Assembly: GCA_044866005.1 (NCBI GenBank)
Contig: JBIOTN010000025.1
Span: 1-28,084 of the forward strand
Origin: Candidatus Rokuibacteriota bacterium
Lineage (GTDB): Bacteria; Methylomirabilota; Methylomirabilia; Rokubacteriales; DASRDR01
Length of the DNA stretch: 28,084 nucleotides
Direction of reading: 5' to 3'
Shown here piece by piece: positions 1 to 9,240 of the stretch (positions are counted from its first letter, which is position 1; every line of letters begins with the position of its first letter). The notes beneath the pieces are model-generated. The model did not search any database and had not been told where the DNA came from. It was given only the letters and a program-made list of their open reading frames with translations. The position numbers and the translations under genes are program-made.

Positions 1-70
1 CCGCCGCTCGGAAGCTTCCATAGCGGCCCGATGACGTGTCCCATCGGTTCGGTTACTCCGACACGGGCCT

Positions 71-328
71 CTAGGAGACCGCGGGGAGGACGCTGACGAA
101 GCGGCGACCGGCCCGGTCCTCGAAGCGGACGTAGCCAGCCGCCGTGGCGAAGAGGGTGAAGTCCACGCCGAGCCCGACGTTGCGGCCGGGACGGAAGCGG
201 GTGCCGCGCTGGCGCACGATGATCGACCCGGCGGGAACCCACTGTCCGCCGAACCGCTTGACCCCGAGCATCTTCGGCTGGCTGTCGCGCCCGTTACGCG
301 AGCTGCCGACGCCCTTCTTGTGTGCCAT
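71..328 (-). CDS. rpmA: 50S ribosomal protein L27
   Basis: [16 protein letters not shown]...[10 protein letters not shown] signature; SD AGGAG; directly downstream of rplU. Confidence 0.99.
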   Translation of the reverse strand: MAHKKGVGSSRNGRDSQPKMLGVKRFGGQWVPAGSIIVRQRGTRFRPGRNVGLGVDFTLFATAAGYVRFEDRAGRRFVSVLPAVS

Positions 329-343
329 GGCGCTCTCCTGAGC

Positions 344-658
344 TTACTCGGCCTCGATCCGCGTGATGCGGACCGCGGTGTACCCTTGCCGGTGTCCCTG
401 TCGACGGCGGTAGTTCTTGCGTCGCTTGAACTTGACGATGACCAGCTTGCGGCCCCGCCCCGTCGCCACGACCTGCCCGATCACGCGGGCGCTCCCCACC
501 GAGGCCGGGGCCGCGACCGGCCCGTCGTCGCGTCGCAGGTAGGCCACGTCCCGGAACTCGACCGTCGCCCCCTGCTCGGCGGCCAGGCGCTCGACCCTCA
601 CGACGTCCCCTTCGCGGACGCGGTACTGCTTGCCTCCGGTGACGATGACGGCCTCCAC
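344..658 (-). CDS. rplU: 50S ribosomal protein L21
   Basis: AVIVTGGKQYRV...KFKRRKNYRRRQGHRQ motifs; GTG at 658 preceded by GAGGAGG (ORF-track start 727 is too long). Confidence 0.98.
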   Translation of the reverse strand: MEAVIVTGGKQYRVREGDVVRVERLAAEQGATVEFRDVAYLRRDDGPVAAPASVGSARVIGQVVATGRGRKLVIVKFKRRKNYRRRQGHRQGYTAVRITRIEAE

Positions 659-717
659 GGATCTGCCTCCTCGTGCCCGCGATGGGTCGAAGCGCGCGTG
701 AGCGGACCGAAGCCCTA

Positions 718-746
718 ATTCCACCACACGGATGGAGGGAAGTCAA
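718..746 (-). promoter_or_regulatory. Putative sigma70 promoter of rplU-rpmA
   Basis: Minus strand TTGACT-N17-TGGAAT with TG extension. Confidence 0.6.
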
Positions 747-832
747 CGCGCGCGCCGGGCGGAGGCCCTCGCCGGGACGCGGGCGCGGTCATCGGCCGGG
801 TCGGGGCCGTCCCCGAGCCGCCGCACGGCCCA

Positions 833-841
833 TGCTAGCAT
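833..841 (+). promoter_or_regulatory. Extended -10 element, likely giving a leaderless transcript
   Basis: TGcTAGCAT ends 6 nt before GTG 848; no SD; lies within palindrome CATGCTAGCATG (831-842). Confidence 0.5.
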
Positions 842-847
842 GAGACC

Positions 848-1558
848 GTGCCGCGGCCCCTGGCGTGCCTCGTCGCCCTCACCGCTCTGGCGGCCGTCGC
901 CGTGCTGGGGTTCGTCCCGGCCATCCGCGCGGGGCTCGGTCACGTGCTGGACCTCATCATGGTCTCCGACCTGGCGGGCGTCCGCGACTACCTCCGCGGC
1001 TTCGGCGTCTGGGCGCCGCTCGTGTCCGCGCTCCTGATGCAGGTGCAGGCCCTGATCGCGCCGCTCCCGTCGTTCCCCCTGATGTACGCGAACGGCCTGC
1101 TCTTCGGGACGCTGTGGGGCGGGCTCCTGTCGTGGGCGAGCGTCCTCGTGTCGGCCATGCTCTGCTTCGGCCTCGCCCGGGGCTTCGGCCGTCCCCTCGT
1201 GACGCGGCTCGTGAGCCCCGCGGCGCTCGCGTGGACCGATCGACTGGTGGGGCGATTCGGCCCGTTCGCCGTCTTCGTCGCCCGGCTGCTGCCGCTCACG
1301 TCCTTCGACCTCGTGAGCTACGCGGCCGGGCTCACGCCGATGCGCCTCGGCGCCTTCTGCCTGGCGACCGGGCTCGGGATGGCCCCGGCGATCTTCCTCA
1401 CGGCAGCGGCCGGGGACCTGGGCATCCGGTCGCCGCGCGCGCTCCTCGCCGTGACGCTCGCGATCGCGGGCCTGGCGGTCGGCGCCGTCCTCCTGCGGCC
1501 GGCGCTCGTCCGCTGGCTCGGCCCCCACGTCGTCGAGCCGGCGCCAGGGGACGGCTAG
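848..1558 (+). CDS. TVP38/TMEM64 (VTT/DedA, SNARE-associated domain) membrane protein
   Basis: Multi-TM protein; QALIAPLPSFPL..ANGLLFG..WGGLLSW and RLLPLTSFDLVSYAAGLT motifs. Confidence 0.9.
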   Translation: MPRPLACLVALTALAAVAVLGFVPAIRAGLGHVLDLIMVSDLAGVRDYLRGFGVWAPLVSALLMQVQALIAPLPSFPLMYANGLLFGTLWGGLLSWASVLVSAMLCFGLARGFGRPLVTRLVSPAALAWTDRLVGRFGPFAVFVARLLPLTSFDLVSYAAGLTPMRLGAFCLATGLGMAPAIFLTAAAGDLGIRSPRALLAVTLAIAGLAVGAVLLRPALVRWLGPHVVEPAPGDG

Positions 1559-1572
1559 AGCCGGAGCCCGCC

Positions 1573-2187
1573 TCAGCGGGCGCGGTCGAAGTACTCCGCC
1601 AGCCGTAGCCGCAAGAACAGGCGCGCCCGGTGCACGCGCGACTTGACCGCAGGCAGGCTGATCCCGAGCATCTCGGCGATCTCGGGGTTCGGGAGTCCTT
1701 CCATGTCGTGCAGGACGAAGGCCGTGCGGTAGTCCGCGGGCAGCGTGTCCACCGCCGCCGCGAGTCGCTGCCGCGCTTCCGCCTGGAGCGCCGGATCCTC
1801 GACGACCCGGGACCAGTCGTGGACCGAATCCGCCAGGTGGCCGTCGGCGTCGAACGCGGGTAGCAGGGGCTCCAGCGACAGCTCCTCCTTCCCGCGGCGG
1901 CCCCGGAGCTTCTGGTAGGCGGCGTTCGCCGTGATCCGGTAGATCCAGCTGCCCAGCGCCGACTCGCCCTTGAAGGTGTCGATCTTCCGCACGACGGTCC
2001 AGAGGACGTCCTGGCTGACCTCTTCGGCGTCCTGCGGGTTCCCGGTGAGGCGAAGCGCCAGGCGGTAGGTCTTCGCGCCGAACCGGTGGACGAGCGCCTC
2101 GATGGCCTCCGCCGTCCTGGCGGAGAGCCCGCTTCGCAGCCGCTCGTCCGTCCACTCGGCGGACGCCGGCGCGCCGGGAGGGCTCAC
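1573..2187 (-). CDS. ECF (sigma-70 group 4) RNA polymerase sigma factor
   Basis: Region 2 DAEEVSQDV...F.GES.LGSWIYRITAN; region 4 LP.DYR..FVLHDMEGL...EIAEMLGISLPAVKSRVHRAR. Confidence 0.95.
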   Translation of the reverse strand: MSPPGAPASAEWTDERLRSGLSARTAEAIEALVHRFGAKTYRLALRLTGNPQDAEEVSQDVLWTVVRKIDTFKGESALGSWIYRITANAAYQKLRGRRGKEELSLEPLLPAFDADGHLADSVHDWSRVVEDPALQAEARQRLAAAVDTLPADYRTAFVLHDMEGLPNPEIAEMLGISLPAVKSRVHRARLFLRLRLAEYFDRAR

Positions 2188-2315
2188 TGGCGTACCCTGC
2201 GCGAGGGATGTCCCGGCATGGGTGGCACCGGACCGGGCCGAGACCCGGGCAGCCCCAGATGGACGCAGGGCCCAGGACGGCGGGAGGCGACGGGGATCGG
2301 CCCGGGGCGGCTCAT
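2184..2315 (-). other. uORF3, 43 aa Pro/Arg-rich (MSRPGPIPVASRRP...)
   Basis: Starts in an ATGA overlap; TGA overlaps the GTG of the sigma factor (GTGA). Confidence 0.4.
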
Positions 2316-2359
2316 CGGCACCCGCGGCCGGTCAACGCACCCGCTGCCCGTCCAGTCAT
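2312..2359 (-). other. uORF2 (MTGRAAGALTGRGCR)
   Basis: ATGA overlaps at both ends. Confidence 0.4.
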
Positions 2360-2400
2360 CGGCGGCCGATCGGCGAGACGGTATCCGAGACGGGCTTCAC
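2356..2400 (-). other. uORF1 (MKPVSDTVSPIGRR) of coupled leader chain
   Basis: GGGAGG then 4 nt then GTG; stop overlaps next ATG (ATGA). Confidence 0.4.
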
Positions 2401-2638
2401 GACTCCTCCCGCGGGAGAGCGAGCTTGACGCGACGTGCGGAGGTCGCCCCCTACCTAACCACGCCGCCCGGAGGTGGTCAAGCGCGCCCGTCCCTTGACA
2501 CCCCACGAGGGTCGGGGTAGTGGTGGGAAAAGGGGCGCCGCGGGGCCCGCCGCGCACCCGCCGGCGCCTCGAGCCGGCGCGGAGGCCTGAATGGAACCCC
2601 GCGCCGGCCCGTCCGAACAGACGGAGGCAGCGCGACCC

Positions 2639-2962
2639 ATGATGACGTGGACTCGGCCCCTCGCCCTCGCCCTCGGGCTCGCCCTGCTGGCGGGGAGCGT
2701 CCCGGCCTTCCTGTCCGGCGCGATGGCGCAAGAGGTCGCCAAGGAGCCACCGCCCTCGCCCGTCGTCGAGAATCCCGGTCGGGCGCCGAGCCCGAATGCC
2801 GTCTGGATCTCGGGCCACTGGGAGTGGCGGGGCGGCCGCTACGTCTGGGCCCCCGGCCACTGGGAGACGGCGCCGCCGGGCCAGGTCTACGTGCCGGGCC
2901 GCTACAAGCGGGTCGGCAACGGCTGGGTCTACGAGCCCGGCCGGTGGCGCGCGTCGCGATGA
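2639..2962 (+). CDS. Exported YXWGXW-repeat protein
   Basis: Signal peptide, PPPSPVVE, then repeats VWISGHW / YVWAPGHW / VYVPGRY / WVYEPGRW; GGAGG upstream of ATG 2639/2642. Confidence 0.85.
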   Translation: MMTWTRPLALALGLALLAGSVPAFLSGAMAQEVAKEPPPSPVVENPGRAPSPNAVWISGHWEWRGGRYVWAPGHWETAPPGQVYVPGRYKRVGNGWVYEPGRWRASR

Positions 2963-3005
2963 CGCCGCGGGGCCTGCCGTACGCCGGCCGGCCCCGGGAG
3001 ACGCG

Positions 3006-4412
3006 TCAGAAGAGCGGCGCCGCCGCGCGCAGGGCCGTCTCCACCAGCGGGCGCGGGTAGAGTCCGAGCAGGACGACCGCCAGCGCGCTCGCCACGATCA
3101 CCAGCCCGAGGGCCGGCGGGACCACCACGCGCGCCGTGTTCAGCGGCGCCTCGATGTACATCTGCTTCGCCACCATCAGGTAGTAGAAGAGCGCGACCAC
3201 GGTCAGCACCGCGCCGAGCAGCACCAGCCCGTAGAGTCCCGCCTCCGCAGCCGCCCAGAAGACATACAGCTTGGCCCAGAACCCCACCACGAACGGAATC
3301 CCTCCGAGCGAGAGGAGGAAGAGGAGCATCGCCAGCGCGAGCAGCGGAGACCGCTGCGCGAGCCCGCGGAAGGCGCCGAGCCCGGTCGAGCCCTCCGCCT
3401 GTCCGAGCACCTCGACGACCAGGAAGGCGCCCATGTTCGAGAACACGTAGGCGACGAGGTAGAAGAGCACGACCGCGACGCCGAACGGGCTCACGGCCGC
3501 GACCCCGAGCAACATGTAGCCGATGTGCGCGATGCCGGAGTACGCGAGGAGCCGCTTGACGTTCGTCTGCGGGAGCGCCATCAGGTTCCCCGCGACGATC
3601 GTGACGCCGCCCAGGCTGGCGGCCAGCGGCACCCAGAGGGCCGCCCGATCGCCCGCGCCTTCGACGAACACGCGGAAGATCGCCGCGAAGCCGGCCGCCT
3701 TCGGCGCGACGGACAGCCAGGCGACGAAGGGCGTGGACGCCGCCTCGTAGGTGTCCGGGACCCACATGTGGAACGGAAACGCCGCGATCTTGAAGCCGAG
3801 GCCGGCGAGCACCAGGACGAAGCCGAGCACCAGCAGCGGGTCCCCGCCGGGCAGGGCGCGCACGATGTCGGGCACGCTCGTCGTCCCGGCCGCGCCGTAG
3901 AGGAAGGAGAGCCCGTAGGCGAATACCGCGGTGGAGACGCTGCCGACCAGGAAGAACTTCAGCGCCGCCTCCACCGCGAGCTCCTCGCGCTTCACGAAGC
4001 CGGCCAGCACGTAGAGCGGGATCGACATGAGCTCGAAGGCCACGAACAGCAGCGTCAGCTCGCGCGCGGACGCGAGCAGCATCATCCCGAGGAGCGAGGT
4101 CAGGACGAGCAGGTGGTATTCGGCCGCCCGCCGGTGGAACGTCGTGTCGGGCGTGGCCAGCCCGCCGACCACGCCCAGCAGGGTCGCGAGCGCGAAGAGC
4201 TGCTTGAAGAATCGCGCGAGCCCATCGACCACGAAGGCGCCGTCGAAGAGAGCGCCGCGCGAGTCGAGGACGACCGACAGGATCAGGAGGCCCACCAGCC
4301 CCCCCGCCGTGACCGCGCCGACCTCCCGTCGCCGCTCCGGGCCTCCCAGCAGGCCGAGCACGAACACGACCAGGATGAGCCCGGCCAGGGCCAGCTCGAG
4401 CGTCAGGAGCAT
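3006..4412 (-). CDS. nuoN: NADH-quinone oxidoreductase subunit N
   Basis: FELMSIPLY, EAALKFF, GFKIAAFPFHMWVPDTYE, KRLLAYSGIAH; TGATG coupling with nuoM. Confidence 0.96.
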   Translation of the reverse strand: MLLTLELALAGLILVVFVLGLLGGPERRREVGAVTAGGLVGLLILSVVLDSRGALFDGAFVVDGLARFFKQLFALATLLGVVGGLATPDTTFHRRAAEYHLLVLTSLLGMMLLASARELTLLFVAFELMSIPLYVLAGFVKREELAVEAALKFFLVGSVSTAVFAYGLSFLYGAAGTTSVPDIVRALPGGDPLLVLGFVLVLAGLGFKIAAFPFHMWVPDTYEAASTPFVAWLSVAPKAAGFAAIFRVFVEGAGDRAALWVPLAASLGGVTIVAGNLMALPQTNVKRLLAYSGIAHIGYMLLGVAAVSPFGVAVVLFYLVAYVFSNMGAFLVVEVLGQAEGSTGLGAFRGLAQRSPLLALAMLLFLLSLGGIPFVVGFWAKLYVFWAAAEAGLYGLVLLGAVLTVVALFYYLMVAKQMYIEAPLNTARVVVPPALGLVIVASALAVVLLGLYPRPLVETALRAAAPLF

Positions 4413-5947
4413 CACGGCAGGACGCCCAGCCGGTCGAGGAGGGTCAGCGTCGCCGGATCCACCGGGGCGATCGCGAGGGCCGGCACGAGCCCGAAGAGGA
4501 TGAGGAGCGCGGACAGCACGACGAGGCTCACCCACTCCGGCCCCGCGGCGTCCTCCAGGTGGGCGTGCTCACCCTCCACGAAGGGCCCCCAGAAGATCTG
4601 TTTCGCGACGCGCAGGACGTAGACGGCGGTCAGGAAGGTGCCCGCGACCGCCGGGAAGAGCCACCACCGAGACGCGGACTGCCAGGCGCCGAGGAAGGTC
4701 AGGAGCTCGGCGACGAACCCGGAGAGTCCCGGGAGCCCGAGCGAGGAGAGGCCCCCCAGCGTGAACGCCGCGGCGATCCCCGGCATGCGCCGCCCGAACC
4801 CGCTCATCTTCCCGATCTCCCGGGTGTGGGCCTTCTCGTAGATCAGCCCGACCAGCGCGAAGAAGAGTCCCGTCATGATGCCGTGCGCGAACATCTGGAA
4901 CACCGCGCCGTTCAGGCCCGCCTCGGTCAACGTCGCGGCGCCCAGCATCACGATGCCCATGTGCGAGACCGACGAGTACGCCACCACGTACTTGAGGTCC
5001 GTCTGCGCCATGGCGGACAGAGCGCCGTAGACGATGTTGACGGTCGCGATCGTCCCGATCAGGGGCGCCCAGTACGCCGTCGCCTCCGGCAGGAGGCCCA
5101 TGCCCACCCGCACCACCCCGTAGGCTCCGAGCTTCATCAGCACGCCGGCGTGGAGCATGGAGACGGCGGTCGGCGCCGAGGCGTGGCCGTCGGGCGACCA
5201 GGTGTGGAGGGGCCAGATGCCGGCCAGCGTCCCGAAGCCGACGTAGAGCGCGAGAAAGACCCAGTGCTGGACCCGCGGCGAGAACTCCGCCTGCTGGAGC
5301 GCCAGCAGCGAGAACGACCGGCTGCCGGCGGCGAAGTACAGGACGAGGATCCCGACCAGGATGAACGCCGACCCCAGCAGGAGGTAGAGCGTCAGCTTCA
5401 TCGCCGCATACTCTTTGGTGCCGACGCCCGTCTCCCGGAACGCCCAGCCGAAGATGCCGCGCGGGCGCACGTGGCCGGACGAGCCCCAGATCCCGATCAG
5501 GAGGTACATCGGCAGCACCGCCAGCTCGTAGAAGAGGAAGAAGACGAAGAGATCGAGCGCCACGAAGACGCCGAAGACCCCCGTCACGAGCGTGAGCAGG
5601 AGGGCGTAGAACTCCTGGTCGCGGACGCGGACCGTCCACGAGGCGAAGACGCCGGTGAAGATGATGACGGCGGTGAGCAGGATCAGCAGGACCGAGATGC
5701 CGTCGGCGCCGAGCTCGAGCGCCACGCCGAGCGCCGGCACGAGCGGATAGCTCTCGCGGAACTGGAAGCCGCCGGCATCAGGCCGATAGGCGAGGTAGAC
5801 GTAGACGGAGAGGGCCAGCGACAGGGCGGTCGCGCCCGCCGCGATCGCGCGCACGGCGGCCGGTCGGCGGCGGGCCGCGAACATGATGAGGAGCGCCCCG
5901 ACGAACGGCGCCGCCGTGATGAGCGAGAGCACCGGCAGCCGACTCAC
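4412..5947 (-). CDS. nuoM: NADH-quinone oxidoreductase subunit M
   Basis: FYELAVLPMY, PLHTWSPDGH, LMKLGAYG, AYSSVSHMG, LGLPGLSGFVAE. Confidence 0.96.
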   Translation of the reverse strand: MSRLPVLSLITAAPFVGALLIMFAARRRPAAVRAIAAGATALSLALSVYVYLAYRPDAGGFQFRESYPLVPALGVALELGADGISVLLILLTAVIIFTGVFASWTVRVRDQEFYALLLTLVTGVFGVFVALDLFVFFLFYELAVLPMYLLIGIWGSSGHVRPRGIFGWAFRETGVGTKEYAAMKLTLYLLLGSAFILVGILVLYFAAGSRSFSLLALQQAEFSPRVQHWVFLALYVGFGTLAGIWPLHTWSPDGHASAPTAVSMLHAGVLMKLGAYGVVRVGMGLLPEATAYWAPLIGTIATVNIVYGALSAMAQTDLKYVVAYSSVSHMGIVMLGAATLTEAGLNGAVFQMFAHGIMTGLFFALVGLIYEKAHTREIGKMSGFGRRMPGIAAAFTLGGLSSLGLPGLSGFVAELLTFLGAWQSASRWWLFPAVAGTFLTAVYVLRVAKQIFWGPFVEGEHAHLEDAAGPEWVSLVVLSALLILFGLVPALAIAPVDPATLTLLDRLGVLP

Positions 5948-5957
5948 CGTGCGGCCC

Positions 5958-7868
5958 TCACCGCGCGCGCCACAGGAGGACGAGGAGCAGCAGGCCCGCG
6001 GCGACGCCGTAGAGATAGTCCTGGGCGCGCCCCGTCTGCATGCGGCGCAGCCCGCCGCCGGCGCGGAGCGTGAGCGCGCTGGCCACGTTCACCACGCCGT
6101 CCACCAGGTAGCGGTCGACCCACCCGATCAGACCCGCCGCCGCCAGAAGGCCCTGCCGGTAGAGGCCCGCGTACGCCGCGTCCAGCCCGTAGCCCTGCCG
6201 GGCCGCGCGGGCCAGGGGGCCGAACGCGCGGCCGAGCCTCGCCGCAGGCACCAGGCCCCGCTGGTAGACGGCCCAGGCCCCGAGGATGCCGGCGAGCGCC
6301 AGCCCCACGGAGAGCGGGGTGAGCCAGCCCGGGCCGTGGGGCAGCGCGGCGTCCACGTCCTCCGCGAGGAACTGCGCGACGGTCAGCCGCGGCCAGTCGG
6401 AGGCGCCGAGCCCGGCGACGGCGGAGCCGACCGCCAGGACCCAGAGCGGTGCGGCCATGAGCGGCGGCGGGTCGTGGGGGTGCGCGGCGGGCCGCGCCGC
6501 AGTCTGGGGGCCGAAGAACGCGAGAAAGATGACGCGGAACATGTAGAACGCCGTGAGCAGCACGGTCAGCGCGAGCATGGCGAACGGCCCGGGCAGCCCC
6601 GCGTGCCAGACGCCCGCCAGCACGGCCTCCTTCGAGAAGAATCCCGAGAGCGGCGGGATCCCGGCGAGGGCCAGCGCGCCGACGACGAAGACGGTCGCGG
6701 TCTTCGGCATGGCGCCGCCGAGGCGGCCCATGCGCGCGAGGTCGTTGGTGGCCACGGCGTGGATGACGGCCCCGGCCCCGAGGAAGAGGAGCGCCTTGAA
6801 GAACCCGTGCGTGAGCAGGTGAAAGAACCCGGCCACCGGCGCCCCGGCGCCCAGCGCCGCCATCATGTAGCCGAGCTGGGACACGGTCGAGTAGGCGAGG
6901 ACCCGCTTGATGTCGGTCTGGACGAGCGCGAGCGTGGCGGCGAGGAGCGCGGTGAACGCGCCGACCCACGCGATCACCGTCAGGACCGCCGGCGCGGCCG
7001 CGAAGAGCGGATAGGCCCGCGCCACCATGTAGACCCCGGCCGCGACCATCGTCGCGGCGTGGATCAGCGCCGACACGGGCGTCGGCCCTTCCATCGCGTC
7101 CGGGAGCCAGACGTGGAGCGGGAACTGCGCGCTCTTGCCGACGGCCCCCATGTAGATGAGGAGCATGCAGAGGGCGAGGTAGCCCGGCGGCACGGCGCCC
7201 TGCTCGACGGCGCGGAAGAGCGGGAGGAACGTGAACAGACCCGTGGCGCCCCACAGGAGGACGATGCCGACCACGAAGCCGATGTCGCCGAGCTTCGTCA
7301 CCCAGAACGCCTTGACGGCCGCCGCGGCCGCCGCCGGCCGATCGTAGTAGTACCCGATCAAGAGGTACGAGCAGAGTCCGACCAGCTCCCAGAAGACGAA
7401 GAGCTGGACGAAATTCGGCGAGAAGACCAGGCCGAGCATGGAGAAGGCGAAGAGCGAGTGGTAGAGGTAGTAGCGGCCGAGGCTCCCGGACGCCTCGCCG
7501 GCCAGGTAGCTCCAGGAATAGACCTGGACCAGGAACGCGACGACCGTGACCAGCACCGCCATGGTCGCGGCGAGCGGGTCCACGAGCACGCCGACGGAGA
7601 CGAGGGGGGCCGGCCCCCCCTGGGGCAGCCACGCCACGGTGGCCGCGATCTCGCGGCTGGGGCCGGTTCCGAACGCCTGGGTGACGGCGACCGCGCGCCA
7701 GAGCCGCCCCACGAGCTGGACGGCGCCGATCAGGGCCGCGCCGGCCCCGAGCAGGGAAACCAGCGCCGCGGCCCAGCCGGTGCGACGCAGCGGCGGGCAG
7801 AGCCCGAGCACGAGGGCGGCGACGAACGGGCAGGCGACGACCAGGAAAGCGAGGCCGGTCTCGCTCAC
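5958..7868 (-). CDS. nuoL: NADH-quinone oxidoreductase subunit L
   Basis: WELVGLCSYLLIG, GKSAQFPLHVWLPDAMEGPTPVSALIHAATMV, HGFFKALLFL. Confidence 0.97.
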   Translation of the reverse strand: MSETGLAFLVVACPFVAALVLGLCPPLRRTGWAAALVSLLGAGAALIGAVQLVGRLWRAVAVTQAFGTGPSREIAATVAWLPQGGPAPLVSVGVLVDPLAATMAVLVTVVAFLVQVYSWSYLAGEASGSLGRYYLYHSLFAFSMLGLVFSPNFVQLFVFWELVGLCSYLLIGYYYDRPAAAAAAVKAFWVTKLGDIGFVVGIVLLWGATGLFTFLPLFRAVEQGAVPPGYLALCMLLIYMGAVGKSAQFPLHVWLPDAMEGPTPVSALIHAATMVAAGVYMVARAYPLFAAAPAVLTVIAWVGAFTALLAATLALVQTDIKRVLAYSTVSQLGYMMAALGAGAPVAGFFHLLTHGFFKALLFLGAGAVIHAVATNDLARMGRLGGAMPKTATVFVVGALALAGIPPLSGFFSKEAVLAGVWHAGLPGPFAMLALTVLLTAFYMFRVIFLAFFGPQTAARPAAHPHDPPPLMAAPLWVLAVGSAVAGLGASDWPRLTVAQFLAEDVDAALPHGPGWLTPLSVGLALAGILGAWAVYQRGLVPAARLGRAFGPLARAARQGYGLDAAYAGLYRQGLLAAAGLIGWVDRYLVDGVVNVASALTLRAGGGLRRMQTGRAQDYLYGVAAGLLLLVLLWRAR

Positions 7869-7875
7869 CAGCGCG

Positions 7876-8172
7876 TCAGCCTCTGAGCAGCGTGAGGTGG
7901 TCCGCTTCGACGGTCCGGCGGACCCGGAAGATGACGATGACGATCGCCAGCCCGACGGCGACTTCCGCCACGGTGATGGCGATCGTGAAGAGGGCCAGGA
8001 CCCAGCCGCCGAGCCCGGCCCCGTATCGGGCGAAGGCGACCAGGTTGATGTTGACCGCGTTCAGCATCAGCTCGATCCCGAGCAGGATGCCGACCGCATT
8101 GCGGCGGGTCAACACCCCGAAGAGCCCGATGGAGAAGACCGCCGCCGCGAGCAGCAGGTAGGCCCTCAGCAC
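7876..8172 (-). CDS. nuoK: NADH-quinone oxidoreductase subunit K
   Basis: [29 protein letters not shown]. Confidence 0.97.
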   Translation of the reverse strand: MLRAYLLLAAAVFSIGLFGVLTRRNAVGILLGIELMLNAVNINLVAFARYGAGLGGWVLALFTIAITVAEVAVGLAIVIVIFRVRRTVEADHLTLLRG

Positions 8173-8197
8173 GCCCCCTCCCCGCGCCGCACCGGGG

Positions 8198-8698
8198 TTA
8201 CTCCTCCGTGCGGGCGAAATACACCGCGCCGAGCAGCGCCGCGACCAGCAGGACTCCCAGGACCTCGAACGGCAGGACCCACTCGATCAGGAGCGCCCGG
8301 CCGAGGGCGGCCGTCGTGGGGGGCACCGGGGCCCCGCCGACGCGCGCCGCCCCGACCGGCGCCCGGAGCAGGACGCCCGCCAGGACCACGAACAGCGCGA
8401 TGGCCACGACCGCGCCCCACACGAGCCCCCGGCTCATCTGCTCGAGCGTCTGGCCGACGAGCCGCTCCGTGAGCATGATGGCGAACACGACGATCGTCAC
8501 GACCCCGCCCGCGTAGAGCAAGACCTGGACGGCGGCGATGAACTCGGCCCGGAGCAGGAGGAACACGCCCGCGGTCGCGACGAGCGCCAGCGCGAGCCAC
8601 AGGACCGAGTGGAAGAGGTTCCGGGAGAGGACGACCTGGAGGCTCGCGCCGATGAGGACGACGGCGACGGCGGCAAGGCCCACCGCCTCGCCGCTCAC
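8198..8698 (-). CDS. nuoJ: NADH-quinone oxidoreductase subunit J
   Basis: [34 protein letters not shown]. Confidence 0.95.
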   Translation of the reverse strand: MSGEAVGLAAVAVVLIGASLQVVLSRNLFHSVLWLALALVATAGVFLLLRAEFIAAVQVLLYAGGVVTIVVFAIMLTERLVGQTLEQMSRGLVWGAVVAIALFVVLAGVLLRAPVGAARVGGAPVPPTTAALGRALLIEWVLPFEVLGVLLVAALLGAVYFARTEE

Positions 8699-9240
8699 TC
8701 CGTGGCGTCCCTCGCGGCGGCCGCCTTCCCGCCGCGCTTCGGCGCGGGGGCCTGCATGGCGCGGAGTCCCGTCCCCGTGGCCCAGGACGGCTCGAACTGG
8801 CGACCGAGGGCGTGGAGCCGGTCCTTGTCGAGCAAAAGGTCCCGCCGGTCGGTGGTGGCCAGGTCGAAGGTCTTGAGCATGATGATGGCGTCGGTCGGGC
8901 AGACCTGGACGCAGAGCTCGCAGAACTCGCAGGCGTAGAGCTCGAGGACGAAGATCTTCGCGTAGTTCCGTTTCTCCGCCTTGAGCATCTCCACCTTGAT
9001 GACCTGCGGCGGACAGATGTACTCGCAGAGGCGGCAGCCGATGCAGTTCTCCTCGCCGGTCTGGGGGTCGTACGTCAGCGCGAGCACCCCGCGGAACCGG
9101 TCGGGGTAGGGCCGCGTCACCTCGGGGTAGTGGACGGTGACGGGCTTCCGGAAGAGGTTCCGGAACGTCACCCCCAGCGCCGTCCCGGCCGCCCGCAGCA
9201 TGGCCAGCGTCGTCCGGCCGAGGCCGTCCAGCTCAGGCAC
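8695..9240 (-). CDS. nuoI: NADH-quinone oxidoreductase subunit I (2x[4Fe-4S])
   Basis: VTVHYPE, CIGCRLCEYICP and CEFCELCVQVCP. Confidence 0.96.
   Translation of the reverse strand: MPELDGLGRTTLAMLRAAGTALGVTFRNLFRKPVTVHYPEVTRPYPDRFRGVLALTYDPQTGEENCIGCRLCEYICPPQVIKVEMLKAEKRNYAKIFVLELYACEFCELCVQVCPTDAIIMLKTFDLATTDRRDLLLDKDRLHALGRQFEPSWATGTGLRAMQAPAPKRGGKAAAARDATE

Noticed and set aside
2452..2523. Divergent sigma70 promoters (TTGACC on minus, TTGACA on plus)
   Set aside because: Good -35 boxes but poor -10 matches (TTAGGT, TAGTGG); not listed as features.
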